From contig OZ024746.1 in the NCBI GenBank assembly GCA_964016885.1, forward strand, positions 17,546,001 through 17,610,000: 64,000 bases of DNA. Reading direction: 5' to 3'. Below, piece by piece: positions 59,701 through 64,000 of the stretch. Position numbers and translations under genes: made by a program. The notes beneath the pieces were generated by a model. That model saw only the letters and a list, made by a program, of their open reading frames with translations. It did not search any database and had not been told where the DNA came from. Positions within the stretch are counted from its first letter, which is position 1. Every line of letters starts with the position of its first letter. Source of the stretch: Eledone cirrhosa (lineage: Eukaryota).

Positions 59701-61073
59701 GAGGACAGTGCAAGCTTTGTACAGAGGTGCTATCAGTAAAGTGAGAGTAGGAATGGAGTTTAGTGAGGAATTCCAGCTACAAGTAAGAGTACATCAGGGT
59801 TTGGTCCTCAGCTCGCTCTTATTCATTATAGTCCTCCAAGCCATAACAGAGGAGTTTAAGACTGGCTGCCCATGGGAACTTATCTATGCTGATGATCTGG
59901 TTCTTATAGCAGAATCAATAGTAGCTAGAGAAGAAATTCTGGCTATGGAAGCAGCAGTTGGGATCAAGAGGACTGAGAGTGAACATAGCTAAGACAAAAG
60001 TGTTGATAAGTAGAAAAGAGGACAAAACTCTGATTCCATCAGGGAAATGGCCATGTTCGATATGTAGAAAAGGAACTGGCATAAATTCTATAAAATGTAC
60101 ACAATGCAGATCTTGGGTACACAAGAGATGTAGTGGGATTGCAGGCAAACTAACAGGTAGGGAAAATTATGTATGCAGTAGATGTACAGGGAAAGTTGAC
60201 AGTAGTAATTGCAGTGATAGACACATCTTTCAAAAGCAGGTGGGTTCTATAGAAATGGTTGATAGCTTCCAGTACCTAGGTGATCAGATTAGCATGGGCG
60301 GGGGGTGTTCCGAGGCCATAGTATCTAGAATAAGGAGGGGTTGGAGGAAGTTTATGGAGCTGCTTCTTCTGTTGACAAAGAAGGGTTTCTCCCTGCGTAC
60401 AAAAGGCCGGTTATATGATGCCTGTGTGAGATGTGCGATGCTGCATGGTAATGAGACATGGGCAGCAACTGCAGAGGATATGCGATGGCTGGAGAGAAAT
60501 GAAGCAAGCATGCTCCATTGGATGTGCAATGTCAATGTGCGTGAATGACCAAGCATAGGCGAGTTGAGAGAGAAACTGTGTATAAGAGGGATCAGTTGTG
60601 GTGTGCGGGAGACAAAACTGAGCTGGTATGGACATGGGATGCGCATGGAGGATGACCGCTGAGTAAAGAAGTGTCAAGAAATCCCAGTAGAAGGAAGACG
60701 CAGTAGAAGAAGACCTCAAAAAACATGGGCAGAGTTGGTGAGAGCAGACCTCAGATCGCAGAAGCTCATGGAGGAGATGACGAAGGACCGTGACAAGTGG
60801 AGAGATGCTGTGCTGAATAGGACCGGTCCCACCCTTGCAAGCAGGGAAAAGTGGATGTAAAATGATGATGATAATGATATATATATATATATATTACTTA
60901 CATGTTTCAGAATCTCTTATATTTTTCAGAAAAACTTTATATCGAGGCAATTTTTTCTTTGGTATCATACTTAAAGGCTTTACTTGTCCAGTTGATGCCA
61001 ATATAACTGGTTTCAATCTTTTATTACCTAATGTCTTAGAGACGTTGGGTTCATTTGATTTTTCAGTATTCAT
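234..61073 (-). CDS. TTC6: Multi-exon gene for a large TPR-repeat protein, TTC6-like (39 exons traced; 3' end lies beyond the left edge)
   Basis: Hand-spliced chain of AG/GT-bounded exons with matching phases and no stops. TPR helices from 33351 downward. Motifs FWSLSPPKF, W-x3-VW-x2-W, AYWHRH and KAILNCNEA resemble TTC6 as recalled; orthology not checked by search. Confidence 0.8.
556..745. repeat. (GAT)n-type microsatellite
   Basis: Direct inspection. Confidence 0.95.
1118..1256 (-). CDS. TTC6: exon 38 (GALKYFVAAYKFAIADLTEAI...NRGICY...)
   Basis: gttgcag / AAG|GTTAGT, phase 2-0; TPR. Confidence 0.9.
1892..2118. mobile_element. piggyBac-type MITE (relatives near 1292, 4011, 15570-15680, 48.7-49.2 kb)
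   Basis: TTAA|ccttttcattacca ... tggtattaaaaggg|TTGA. Confidence 0.6.
2125..2560 (+). mobile_element. Internally deleted RTE derivative (endonuclease end joined to 3' tail)
   Basis: 2125-2400 matches 20665-20930; 2401-2560 matches the 23365-23510 tail with (GAT)n. Confidence 0.85.
2731..2927. mobile_element. mariner-type MITE
   Basis: TIR agggttggctgaaaagttc / gaacttttcagctgacctt. Confidence 0.7.
3014..3129 (-). CDS. TTC6: exon 37 (VYLSRACHFG...KAILNCNEALKIEPKSIKAFLY)
   Basis: cctcag / CAG|GTACAA, phase 0-2; most TTC6-like segment. Confidence 0.9.
3360..3838 (+). mobile_element. CR1-type LINE 3' end
   Basis: TRGHAHK, FRKHFFTLRVAEAWNKLP; (TTA)n tail. Confidence 0.88.
3872..3970 (-). CDS. 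TTC6: exon 36 (AYYFRGYVKMQL...DFNRSLVANRENAK)
   Basis: tatttcag / AAG|GTAAGT, phase 0-0; TPR. Confidence 0.9.
4741..4918. repeat. 28-bp tandem repeat, about 6 copies
   Basis: gaaatgttatagtatattgtaaaatgta. Confidence 0.95.
4920..5238. mobile_element. pogo/Tigger-type MITE
   Basis: TIR agtggaacttcagttca / tgaactgaggttccact with TA flanks. Confidence 0.75.
5432..5572 (-). CDS. TTC6: exon 35 (NPAKKEWP...EALAAFNQAIRINKTHKE)
   Basis: ttttacag / GAG|GTAAAA, phase 0-0; TPR. Confidence 0.9.
6465..6602 (-). CDS. TTC6: exon 34 (ALSILKY...REALQTYFLIKDII)
   Basis: tatttcag / GTAAGT, phase 0-0. Confidence 0.85.
6832..7140. repeat. About 145-bp-arm palindrome containing a hammerhead-like motif
   Basis: Arms about 6832-6979 and 6993-7140 nearly perfectly complementary. 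Confidence 0.9.
6874..6936 (-). ncRNA. Minimal type I hammerhead ribozyme (Penelope-type)
   Basis: attttat CTGATGA aagcacacc-loop-ggtgtcctt GAAA taggta TA atgaaat; stems I and II pair. Confidence 0.6.
7335..7377 (-). ncRNA. Minimal type I hammerhead ribozyme
   Basis: gtca CTGAGGA g gtcaca-gaatg-tgtgat GAAA gtgc TT tgac. Confidence 0.55.
7585..7910 (-). mobile_element. Second tRNA-derived SINE family with RTE-like tail (copies near 6270-6400, 19720-19830, 51800-51935)
   Basis: Reverse strand reads tggcttagtggttagagc...gagttcaattc; tail shared with the RTE 3' end. Confidence 0.7.
8347..8584. mobile_element. Foldback derivative of the ends of the 25.6-27.5 kb Penelope-like element
   Basis: 8347-8492 matches 25622-25770; about 70-bp hairpin arms; (TA)n flanks. 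Confidence 0.85.
9343..9430 (-). CDS. TTC6: exon 33 (LAGENCSE...QLYLGNINN)
   Basis: catttag / GTATGT, phase 2-0. Confidence 0.8.
9503..9925. repeat. 45-bp tandem repeat (same family at 1460-1720, 34433-34730, 61400-61940)
   Basis: agagtgtactgggtgcattttatcatggcatcagcactaccactttac-type unit. Confidence 0.92.
10136..10188 (-). CDS. TTC6: exon 32 (GYVCFKLGFQEWSNGFL)
   Basis: ttctttcag / GTAAGG, phase 0-2. Confidence 0.8.
10974..11048 (-). CDS. TTC6: exon 31 (YTSALRDLIILLHMYPNNYRNFMYL)
   Basis: ctttacag / GTAAGT, phase 0-0. Confidence 0.85.
12675..12768 (-). CDS. TTC6: exon 30 (GIMYFTKLINLEP...YRAQTYMKIEN)
   Basis: tttaccag / GTAAGT, phase 2-0; TPR. Confidence 0.9.
13234..13347 (-). CDS. TTC6: exon 29 (VYEAICDF...LGLLYSYFTDNFK)
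   Basis: ttttctacaag (AAG) / GTAGGT, phase 2-2; TPR. Confidence 0.85.
13517..15521. repeat. 69-bp minisatellite, about 29 copies
   Basis: Unit ttgtgaaaatgtgcggtattagag...gtcatatata, few variant sites, no spacers. Confidence 0.98.
15870..15983 (-). CDS. TTC6: exon 28 (SNQKKALSDFSISL...YQRGLLYMKLG)
   Basis: atttcag / GTAAGT, phase 2-2; TPR. Confidence 0.9.
16050..17250 (+). mobile_element. RTE LINE fragment (endonuclease and linker)
   Basis: VCCVQEVRW, TYAPQ, WWWNS ORF pieces homologous to the 20-kb copy. Confidence 0.9.
17338..17448. repeat. About 110-bp hairpin
   Basis: tgaaaagttagtgtc...cagtgagt / actcactg...gacactaacttttca. Confidence 0.85.
17684..17878 (-). CDS. TTC6: exon 27 (KWKMARADY...AIHLDPNFAEAYFLRGYLLK)
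   Basis: tatttcag / GTAAGG, phase 2-2; canonical TPR. Confidence 0.9.
17916..18628. repeat. 21-bp minisatellite, about 34 copies, two variants
   Basis: gaccatattcctta(a/t)gaaaca. Confidence 0.98.
19363..19469 (-). CDS. TTC6: exon 26 (GGRVEEAIVDY...LCMKV)
   Basis: cttctag / GTAAGT, phase 0-2; TPR. Confidence 0.9.
19888..23510 (+). mobile_element. Near full-length RTE-clade LINE (AP endonuclease + RT), pseudogenised
   Basis: VGTMNVGTLKGR, AGDLNGHVG, SQHRL, FVDLEKAFD, GVHQGSVLSP, YADD; stops at 20410 and 21121 plus frameshifts near 22.3-22.5 kb; (GAT)n tail; (TA)n on both sides. Confidence 0.95.
23865..24412. repeat. About 550-bp foldback/MITE palindrome
   Basis: 23896-24032 complements about 24244-24382; a further inner pair of arms. 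Confidence 0.85.
24590..25300 (+). mobile_element. Penelope-like 3' fragment (GIY-YIG C-terminus plus LTR-like region)
   Basis: TIRPLHLRIKEH...IKEARLIKQLKPRIN; degenerate hammerhead core near 25173-25222. Confidence 0.8.
25622..27548 (+). mobile_element. 5'-truncated Penelope-like element (Naiad-type GIY-YIG) with inverted terminal segment
   Basis: ORF 25884-26534 with WYTPP, CNCR..DCPL..KC, IVY..YIGLT, CDLC, LNKKSE; about 25710-25770 is the inverse of 27488-27546; (TA)n flanks. Confidence 0.88.
28098..28218 (-). CDS. TTC6: exon 25 (GLLYAKLEEPQMAIYCFTKA...RAQLYEM), GC donor
   Basis: ttttctag acceptor; the only nearby phase-0 donor is ATG|GCAAGT. Confidence 0.85.
28350..30790 (+). mobile_element. 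Degenerate RTE LINE interrupted by a mariner
   Basis: RT-region remnants continue on both sides of 28731-29613; 3' tail with gatgatgat. Confidence 0.85.
28731..29613 (+). mobile_element. Internally deleted mariner transposon
   Basis: TA duplication; TIR cgag..gtgtcagaaaag / cttttctgacacacctcg; transposase EQRTNLKF, RSGRPST, VPKLL, ITGDESW; most of the DDD domain is missing. Confidence 0.92.
30928..31071 (-). CDS. TTC6: exon 24 (VIALDPNHTNAYWHRH...)
   Basis: tttag / GTGAGC, phase 2-2; TPR. Confidence 0.9.
31764..31801 (-). CDS. TTC6: exon 23 (IGDYTTALEEFN)
   Basis: ttaacag / GTAAGT, phase 0-2; TPR helix B. Confidence 0.85.
32040..32437 (+). mobile_element. CR1-type RT fragment
   Basis: Close to the reverse complement of 40750-40980. 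Confidence 0.85.
33250..33351 (-). CDS. TTC6: exon 22 (IITEEVNYL...YKRALLYLK), start of TPR array
   Basis: ttctttcag / AAG|GTATAT, phase 0-0. Confidence 0.85.
34340..34418 (-). CDS. TTC6: exon 21 (SKPPADISF...VADIQ)
   Basis: atttcag / CAG|GTAAGA, phase 2-0. Confidence 0.8.
34433..34730. repeat. 45-bp tandem repeat
   Basis: tgtaaagtggtagtgatggtgtcatgagaaaatacacccagtacactc-type unit. Confidence 0.92.
34838..34984 (-). CDS. TTC6: exon 20 (SDMKLDDWIVEVWRIWYNE...)
   Basis: attacag / CAG|GTGAGA, phase 2-2. Confidence 0.85.
35210..35880 (+). mobile_element. RTE LINE 3' fragment
   Basis: GWKKFRELLPLL, MLHGSGTW, WFGHV; (GAT)n tail. Confidence 0.9.
35917..37308 (+). mobile_element. RTE LINE copy lacking the RT core
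   Basis: ORFs 35922-36608 and 36661-37086 joined near 36590; (GAT)n tail; TA repeats on both sides. Confidence 0.9.
37553..37627 (-). CDS. TTC6: exon 19 (FKPRAYQSDPNYYDLERLATHKGK)
   Basis: long pyrimidine tract ending caccag / GTAAGA, phase 2-2. Confidence 0.7.
38632..38748 (-). CDS. TTC6: exon 18 (KQKQLKRSPILDID...TEKES)
   Basis: ttttag / GTAAGA, phase 2-2. Confidence 0.75.
39757..40980 (-). mobile_element. CR1-type LINE, 5'-truncated RT
   Basis: LDFAKAF, SGVPQGSVLGPLLF, YADN, VRPHLEFASPVW; (TAA)n tail; same family as 3360-3838. Confidence 0.92.
41008..41221 (-). mobile_element. tRNA-derived SINE with 20-bp target duplication (copies at 1-90, 880-1090, 4115-4300, 37695-38135, 44775-44910, 56435-56550)
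   Basis: A box TGGCAGTATCGG, B box GAGTTCAAATCC; aatagtaaatatagagtaat at 40988-41007 and 41222-41241. Confidence 0.85.
41517..41609 (-). CDS. TTC6: exon 17 (TPKASSFHSLYNF...DPIMT)
   Basis: pyrimidine tract plus AAG acceptor / GTAAGA, phase 2-2. Confidence 0.65.
41962..42456. mobile_element. Solo LTR inserted in an RTE tail
   Basis: 4-bp duplication AGGT; termini TTTAG...CTACA, one change from TGTAG...CTACA. Confidence 0.6.
43214..43357 (-). CDS. TTC6: exon 16 (KPSVKEESSED...IKNMI), paralog of exon 15
   Basis: tatttcag / GTAAGA, phase 2-2. Confidence 0.75.
43385..44265. repeat. GT-rich simple repeat (gtgtagtgtg)
   Basis: Low-complexity tract; source of the His/Thr ORFs. Confidence 0.95.
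44270..44774. repeat. 34-bp minisatellite with alternating variants
   Basis: tgtag(a/t)tgtagtgt(g/a)ttgtggtt(g/a)gcctgtaatg. Confidence 0.95.
45200..45340 (-). CDS. TTC6: exon 15 (QPSFKEMSSEG...DEELL), paralog of exon 16
   Basis: tatttcag / GTAAGA, phase 2-2. Confidence 0.75.
45758..45809 (-). CDS. TTC6: exon 14 (PYTAGETKDISQMTLA)
   Basis: ttttatacag / GTAAGT, phase 1-2. Confidence 0.65.
46363..46390 (-). CDS. TTC6: exon 13, 28 nt (VSDKSIIVE)
   Basis: tttttag / AAG|GTATGT, phase 0-1. Confidence 0.65.
46767..46833 (-). CDS. TTC6: exon 12 (ESSLSKESWSNIITQTHTPTQS)
   Basis: ttattccag / GTAAGA, phase 2-0. Confidence 0.75.
47160..47416 (-). CDS. TTC6: exon 11 (MTIEG...YFWSLSPPKFNITPKHVKNLIFPLY...)
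   Basis: ORF 47156-47416; cttcag / GTAAGT, phase 0-2; TTC6-like W-x-x-x-PPKF motif. Confidence 0.85.
47559..47572. promoter_or_regulatory. Consensus RFX X-box in intron 10
   Basis: GTTGTCATGGCAAC near-palindrome. Confidence 0.35.
47932..48054 (-). CDS. TTC6: exon 10 (ESIAKSSEP...KATAEQL)
   Basis: ttcctag / GTGAGT, phase 0-0. Confidence 0.8.
48574..48625 (-). CDS. TTC6: exon 9 (KTNTIHIKNKGVKMEIE)
   Basis: tcttag / GAG|GTAATT, phase 2-0. Confidence 0.6.
49259..49575 (-). CDS. TTC6: exon 8 (ILMEMMAP...HHVFCEERHLLLPRTFRKTSWKYHT...)
   Basis: ORF 49237-49569; aaacag acceptor; donor AA|GTATTT chosen for phase 2 (a phase-0 GT lies 5 nt away). Confidence 0.8.
50350..51032 (-). mobile_element. Penelope-like 3' fragment related to 24590-25300
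   Basis: Reverse translation HIRIKEH..SSFRKHIDKCGN..TILATERNVGTLRIKEALFIKRLQPQINNR. Confidence 0.8.
52053..52093 (-). CDS. TTC6: exon 7 (TEEPAETQTLHQK)
   Basis: ttttacag / GTAAGT, phase 1-0. Confidence 0.7.
52867..52938 (-). CDS. TTC6: exon 6 (NYALDRKDLDEAESSWRQKLDSL)
   Basis: tttttcag acceptor, weaker GTTTGT donor, phase 1-1. Confidence 0.5.
53154..53592. repeat. 43-bp minisatellite derived from RTE coding sequence
   Basis: tgcctgtgtgtgaagagcaatgctacatggcagtgagacatgg equals the ACV..AMLHGSETW segment; RTE flanks at 53025 and 53640. Confidence 0.93.
53669..53679 (-). CDS. TTC6: exon 5, candidate 11-nt microexon
   Basis: ttttttag|GGCCTCAGCAG|GTGAAA; supplies the required phase 2-to-1 change. 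Confidence 0.45.
54020..54059 (-). CDS. TTC6: exon 4 (PSTGLDKLTDTW)
   Basis: tatttcag / GTAAGT; only open frame is phase 1-2. Confidence 0.65.
54228..54680. repeat. 48-bp minisatellite, distal block
   Basis: gttacctgagtatcataagaaggtgtaatactgaccaggtaatatat(c/t). Confidence 0.95.
54838..55651. repeat. 74-bp minisatellite, about 11 copies
   Basis: gagaccagcagccagtggtcaacag...aatacctca. Confidence 0.97.
55795..56058. repeat. 48-bp minisatellite, proximal block, overlapping the exon 3 donor
   Basis: Same unit but tactcaccag. Confidence 0.95.
56056..56149 (-). CDS. TTC6: exon 3 (VKYTAQSLAKAAEK...RDLS)
   Basis: aatag / GTGAGT, phase 0-1. Confidence 0.7.
56716..56935. repeat. (TA)n microsatellite
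   Basis: Direct inspection. Confidence 0.95.
57340..57404 (+). ncRNA. Minimal type I hammerhead ribozyme
   Basis: attttat CTGATGA ggacgtactg-loop-cagtacctct GAAA tatgta TA ataaaat. Confidence 0.6.
57566..57683. repeat. Hairpin centred on gaagcttc with degenerate hammerhead cores
   Basis: About 58-bp near-perfect arms. Confidence 0.85.
58015..58103 (-). CDS. TTC6: exon 2 (ESGENLLETDEK...LAVRH)
   Basis: tttgtag / GTAAGA, phase 1-0. Confidence 0.7.
58235..59105 (+). mobile_element. Degenerate RTE endonuclease fragment joined to a 3' tail
   Basis: Homology to 20170-20990 then acccatccaacccatg...(GAT)n. Confidence 0.8.
59327..60880 (+). mobile_element. 5'-truncated RTE LINE (RT to 3' end)
   Basis: NYRGIKL, VHQG, YADD, KWPCSIC; tail nearly the same as 37200-37308. 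Confidence 0.92.
60902..61073 (-). CDS. TTC6: TTC6-like exon 1 (probable start: MNTEKSNEPN...NIRDSET)
   Basis: ttcttcag acceptor (exon begins 61076), AAAATG, T|GTAAGT donor; phase 1 matches next exon. Confidence 0.65.
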
Positions 61074-61399
61074 TTTCTGAAGAAGATACAAAACAGATCT
61101 TTATTCTGCAGTACTGCAGAAGACTCACCTTTCCATGTGCACCGGATGAAGCAAACATCTAGAGGACACTTGTATGTACCAAATCTTCTCCTCTCCCCCT
61201 CCCCAATCCATACACCTCCCACATCTTAATACTTCACCCTTCACCAGCTAAGTACCCCACCTCAGACATACCTCTCCAATTCCCATCCTACATACACACA
61301 TCAAACCCTTTCCCAACTCCCCCACACTCCACATCTCTTGTCCAAACCATAGTTACAAGCATGGAAAGCTGGACATGCTGCTGAAATGGCTTGTTGCTC

Positions 61400-61940
61400 T
61401 CAGTCCACCCTATAAGGTGGTAATGCTGGTGACACAACAGGAGACCCTAGTCTACCCTGTAAGGTGCTCATGCTGGTGACATAACAAAAGAGCACCCAAT
61501 CCACGCTGTAAAGTGATCGTGTTGGTGACACAACAAAAAGCACCCAGTTGACATTGTAAAGTGGTCGTGTTGGTGACATGATAAAAAGCACCCAGTACAC
61601 CATGTAAAGGTGGTAATGCTGGTGACAAGTCAAAAAGCACACAGTCTACCCTGTAGGGTGGTGACATGACAAAAAGGCTGGTGACATGACAAAAAGCACC
61701 TAGTACACCCTGTAAAGTGGTTGTGTTGGTGATATGGCAAAAGGCACCAGGTCCAGTCTGTAAGATCGTTGTTTCGGTGACATGATAAAAAGCACCTAGA
61801 CCATCCTGTAAGGTGGTTGAATTAATGACAAGACAAAAAAGCACACAATCCATTCTCTAAGGTGGTTGTGTTGGCGACACAAAAAAAAGCACCCAGTCCA
61901 CCCTGTAAAGGGGTCATGCTGGTGACATGACAAAAAGTAC
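61400..61940. repeat. Degenerate 45-bp tandem repeat
   Basis: ctggtgacatgacaaaaagcacccagtccaccctgtaaagtggt-type unit. Confidence 0.88.
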
Positions 61941-62544
61941 CTTCTGGGTGGTCACTAATTTACAGTAATTCTAAGGCAGAGTATTGGAATATATGCACAT
62001 CAGTAAATCTGAAAAGTAGGCGTGTGTGTGTGTGGGGGGGGGGGGGTATAGTGCCCCCTTCCCCTGGAGACAGGGTCCGTATTCCAGGTATGAATAATAA
62101 ACACGGCTGTAAACACCGAGGGTGGGGGTATGTGTGTATTGCCGTTCCCTATTTAAGTTAATTTTATTAATTTAACATTTTTATTTTTACATTCACTTAT
62201 CTGTCTCTTTCCTTTATTGTGAAAAATTCATAGCCCCCCCCCCCCCTCTATATATATCTAGAGAGAGAGCCAGGAAGAGTTAATGTGGTAAATAAATATA
62301 TACATATACATCAGGTCCAAACAATGGAACCAAACTCCCACTGTTACTGCCTCTGTCTCTCCCACTATTCTGAGAAAATGGGGAGGCCACCCATATTTGA
62401 AGAGTTTACCTTCTTCGGCCCGAAGTGCAGCAGAGCTTGGGTTAGTCGCAGACTGCACCAAGTTGCCGCTGGAGAATGTGTCGCTGCATTTGTTTTGTTT
62501 CTCAACTATAAGAGGTACTAGATACTTCCCCTAGTCTGTCGTGG

Positions 62545-62760
62545 CTTACTACGATATTTAAAGGATGAGGACGTTGTGTGTGACTGTGGCATCGAACCAC
62601 AGGCTACGCAGCACCTCGTAATATGCCTCTTGCTGGAACACACGTGCACAGCATTGGACTTGGCAGAATTAAATAAGAAAGGACAGCAATGTGTTCAGCT
62701 GTGGCGGAACCACATGTAGCTAAGCTTTATAACTGACGCTCTTGTGGACACGACAAGAAG
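62545..62760 (+). mobile_element. LINE 3' end with CCHC knuckle (Ingi/Vingi-like)
   Basis: VVCDCGIEPQATQHLVIC...WRNHM* followed by a gacacgacaagaag terminus. Confidence 0.45.
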
Positions 62761-62817
62761 CTCTATGCCGACGTTTAAATTGATTAAATAATTAAATTTT
62801 AACAACTTAACTATCAC

Positions 62818-62910
62818 CTTCGGCAATGCTGCCAAAAAACATTATTAGGAGACACCAGCACCTCTTATTGTGGACGGTATGGGGTTTAATGTGCGGATCT
62901 TCTTCGCCAC
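62818..62910 (-). other. Candidate 5'-UTR exon of the TTC6-like gene
   Basis: ttttttaaag acceptor and AAG|GTGATA donor around a CpG-containing 93 nt; its in-frame TAA TAA would precede ATG 61073. Confidence 0.3.
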
Positions 62911-63331
62911 CTTTAAAAAATATTTTTTTCTTCTATTTCTTTTATTACTATGTATTTGTATAATCGTTCTTATTCATCAAATAAATTGCATTACCTTGAT
63001 AAATTCTCATATCATTAGTTACCGCTAATTATTCCTTGATAAATTATATATACCCAACGAATAAAAGAATAATCGATATACAGAAAATTACGTGAATTAA
63101 CAGGCCGAAGTTATAAAATATAAACTTAATATTATTCTAGATATAAAGTTATTAACATCACAACTAACTCGGTTGTGACATTGGAAAACGTGAATTAAGT
63201 ATTTTAAGTATGGTATTTATGGCAAAAATAAACCACACGAAATAACGTTTGTGTCTTTCTATTTAAAAATTAATAACAAAAGTTGACTTCTTTGCACTGA
63301 CCGGTAATTGATGACAGACAGATAGACACTT

Positions 63332-63359
63332 GTTGTTAGTAACAACAGCTGGTAGCAAC
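63332..63359. promoter_or_regulatory. RFX X-box-like motifs upstream of the gene
   Basis: GTTGTTAGTAAC and GCTGGTAGCAAC side by side in non-repetitive sequence. Confidence 0.35.
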
Positions 63360-63422
63360 TAAAACAACAACATAACACTTTCATTTCCTCCACGTGTTGT
63401 ATACTTTTGGATCTATAACTCT

Positions 63423-63768
63423 CGTTGTTGTTGTTGTTGTTGGTGGTGGTGTTGTGACAGTGGTAGTAGTAGTACTGGTGGTGGTTGTGGTGGTGACGAT
63501 GGTGGGGTTGGTGACGGTGATGCTGGTCGTAGTAGAGGTGTATATGGTGGTAATGGTAGTGGAGGTGTATGTGGTGGTAGTGGTGCTGGTTGTAGTGGTG
63601 GTGTATGTAGTGGTAGTCGTAGCGGTGCTGCTGGTCGTAGTGGAGGTGTATGTGGTGGTAGTGGTGCTGGTCGTAGTGGAGGTGTATGTGGTGGTAGTGG
63701 AGGTGTATGTGGTGGTAGTGGTGGTTGTCATAGGAATAGTGGTGAAGGTGGTGATGATGATGGTGATC
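63423..63768. repeat. GTG/GTA trinucleotide low-complexity tract
   Basis: Direct inspection; source of the poly-Thr/Val ORFs. Confidence 0.93.
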
Positions 63769-64000
63769 ATCGTTTTGTTTTTTAACAAACCTTGGTAGAT
63801 CTGATAGGTTGATCTCTATGGATCTCCACAGGAGAGAGATGGATATCTTTGTTGTTGTTGCTGTAGTTGTTGTTTAGCATCTAGTGGGCCTAATTAAGGG
63901 TGCACACACACAATATGTATATATAAACCTATATATTTTATATCACAAAGTGGGAACAATAGCATTGCTGTTGATAGTTTCTAAATTCCCATCCACTAAT

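Overview
AT-rich, repeat-dense animal genomic DNA. The SINE/RTE repertoire resembles octopod cephalopods (recalled resemblance, not a search result). Almost the whole window is one minus-strand multi-exon gene. I traced 39 phase-consistent coding exons by hand from a probable ATG at 61073 down to 234 (4143 nt, about 1381 codons); the gene continues beyond the left edge. It encodes a low-complexity N-terminal half followed by a long TPR array, most similar from memory to TTC6. The introns hold RTE and CR1-type LINE relics, Penelope-like (GIY-YIG) fragments, a mariner nested in an RTE, piggyBac/pogo/mariner MITEs, a solo LTR, tRNA-derived SINEs and many minisatellites. The long ORFs in the track (13.5-15.5 kb, 17.7-18.7 kb, 43.2-44.3 kb) are tandem-repeat artefacts. 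The most notable observations are: a duplicated exon whose coding sequence diverged far more than its intron flanks; (TA)n-flanked foldback elements carrying hammerhead-ribozyme cores; a minisatellite built around a real splice donor; a GC-AG intron; and RFX X-box motifs.
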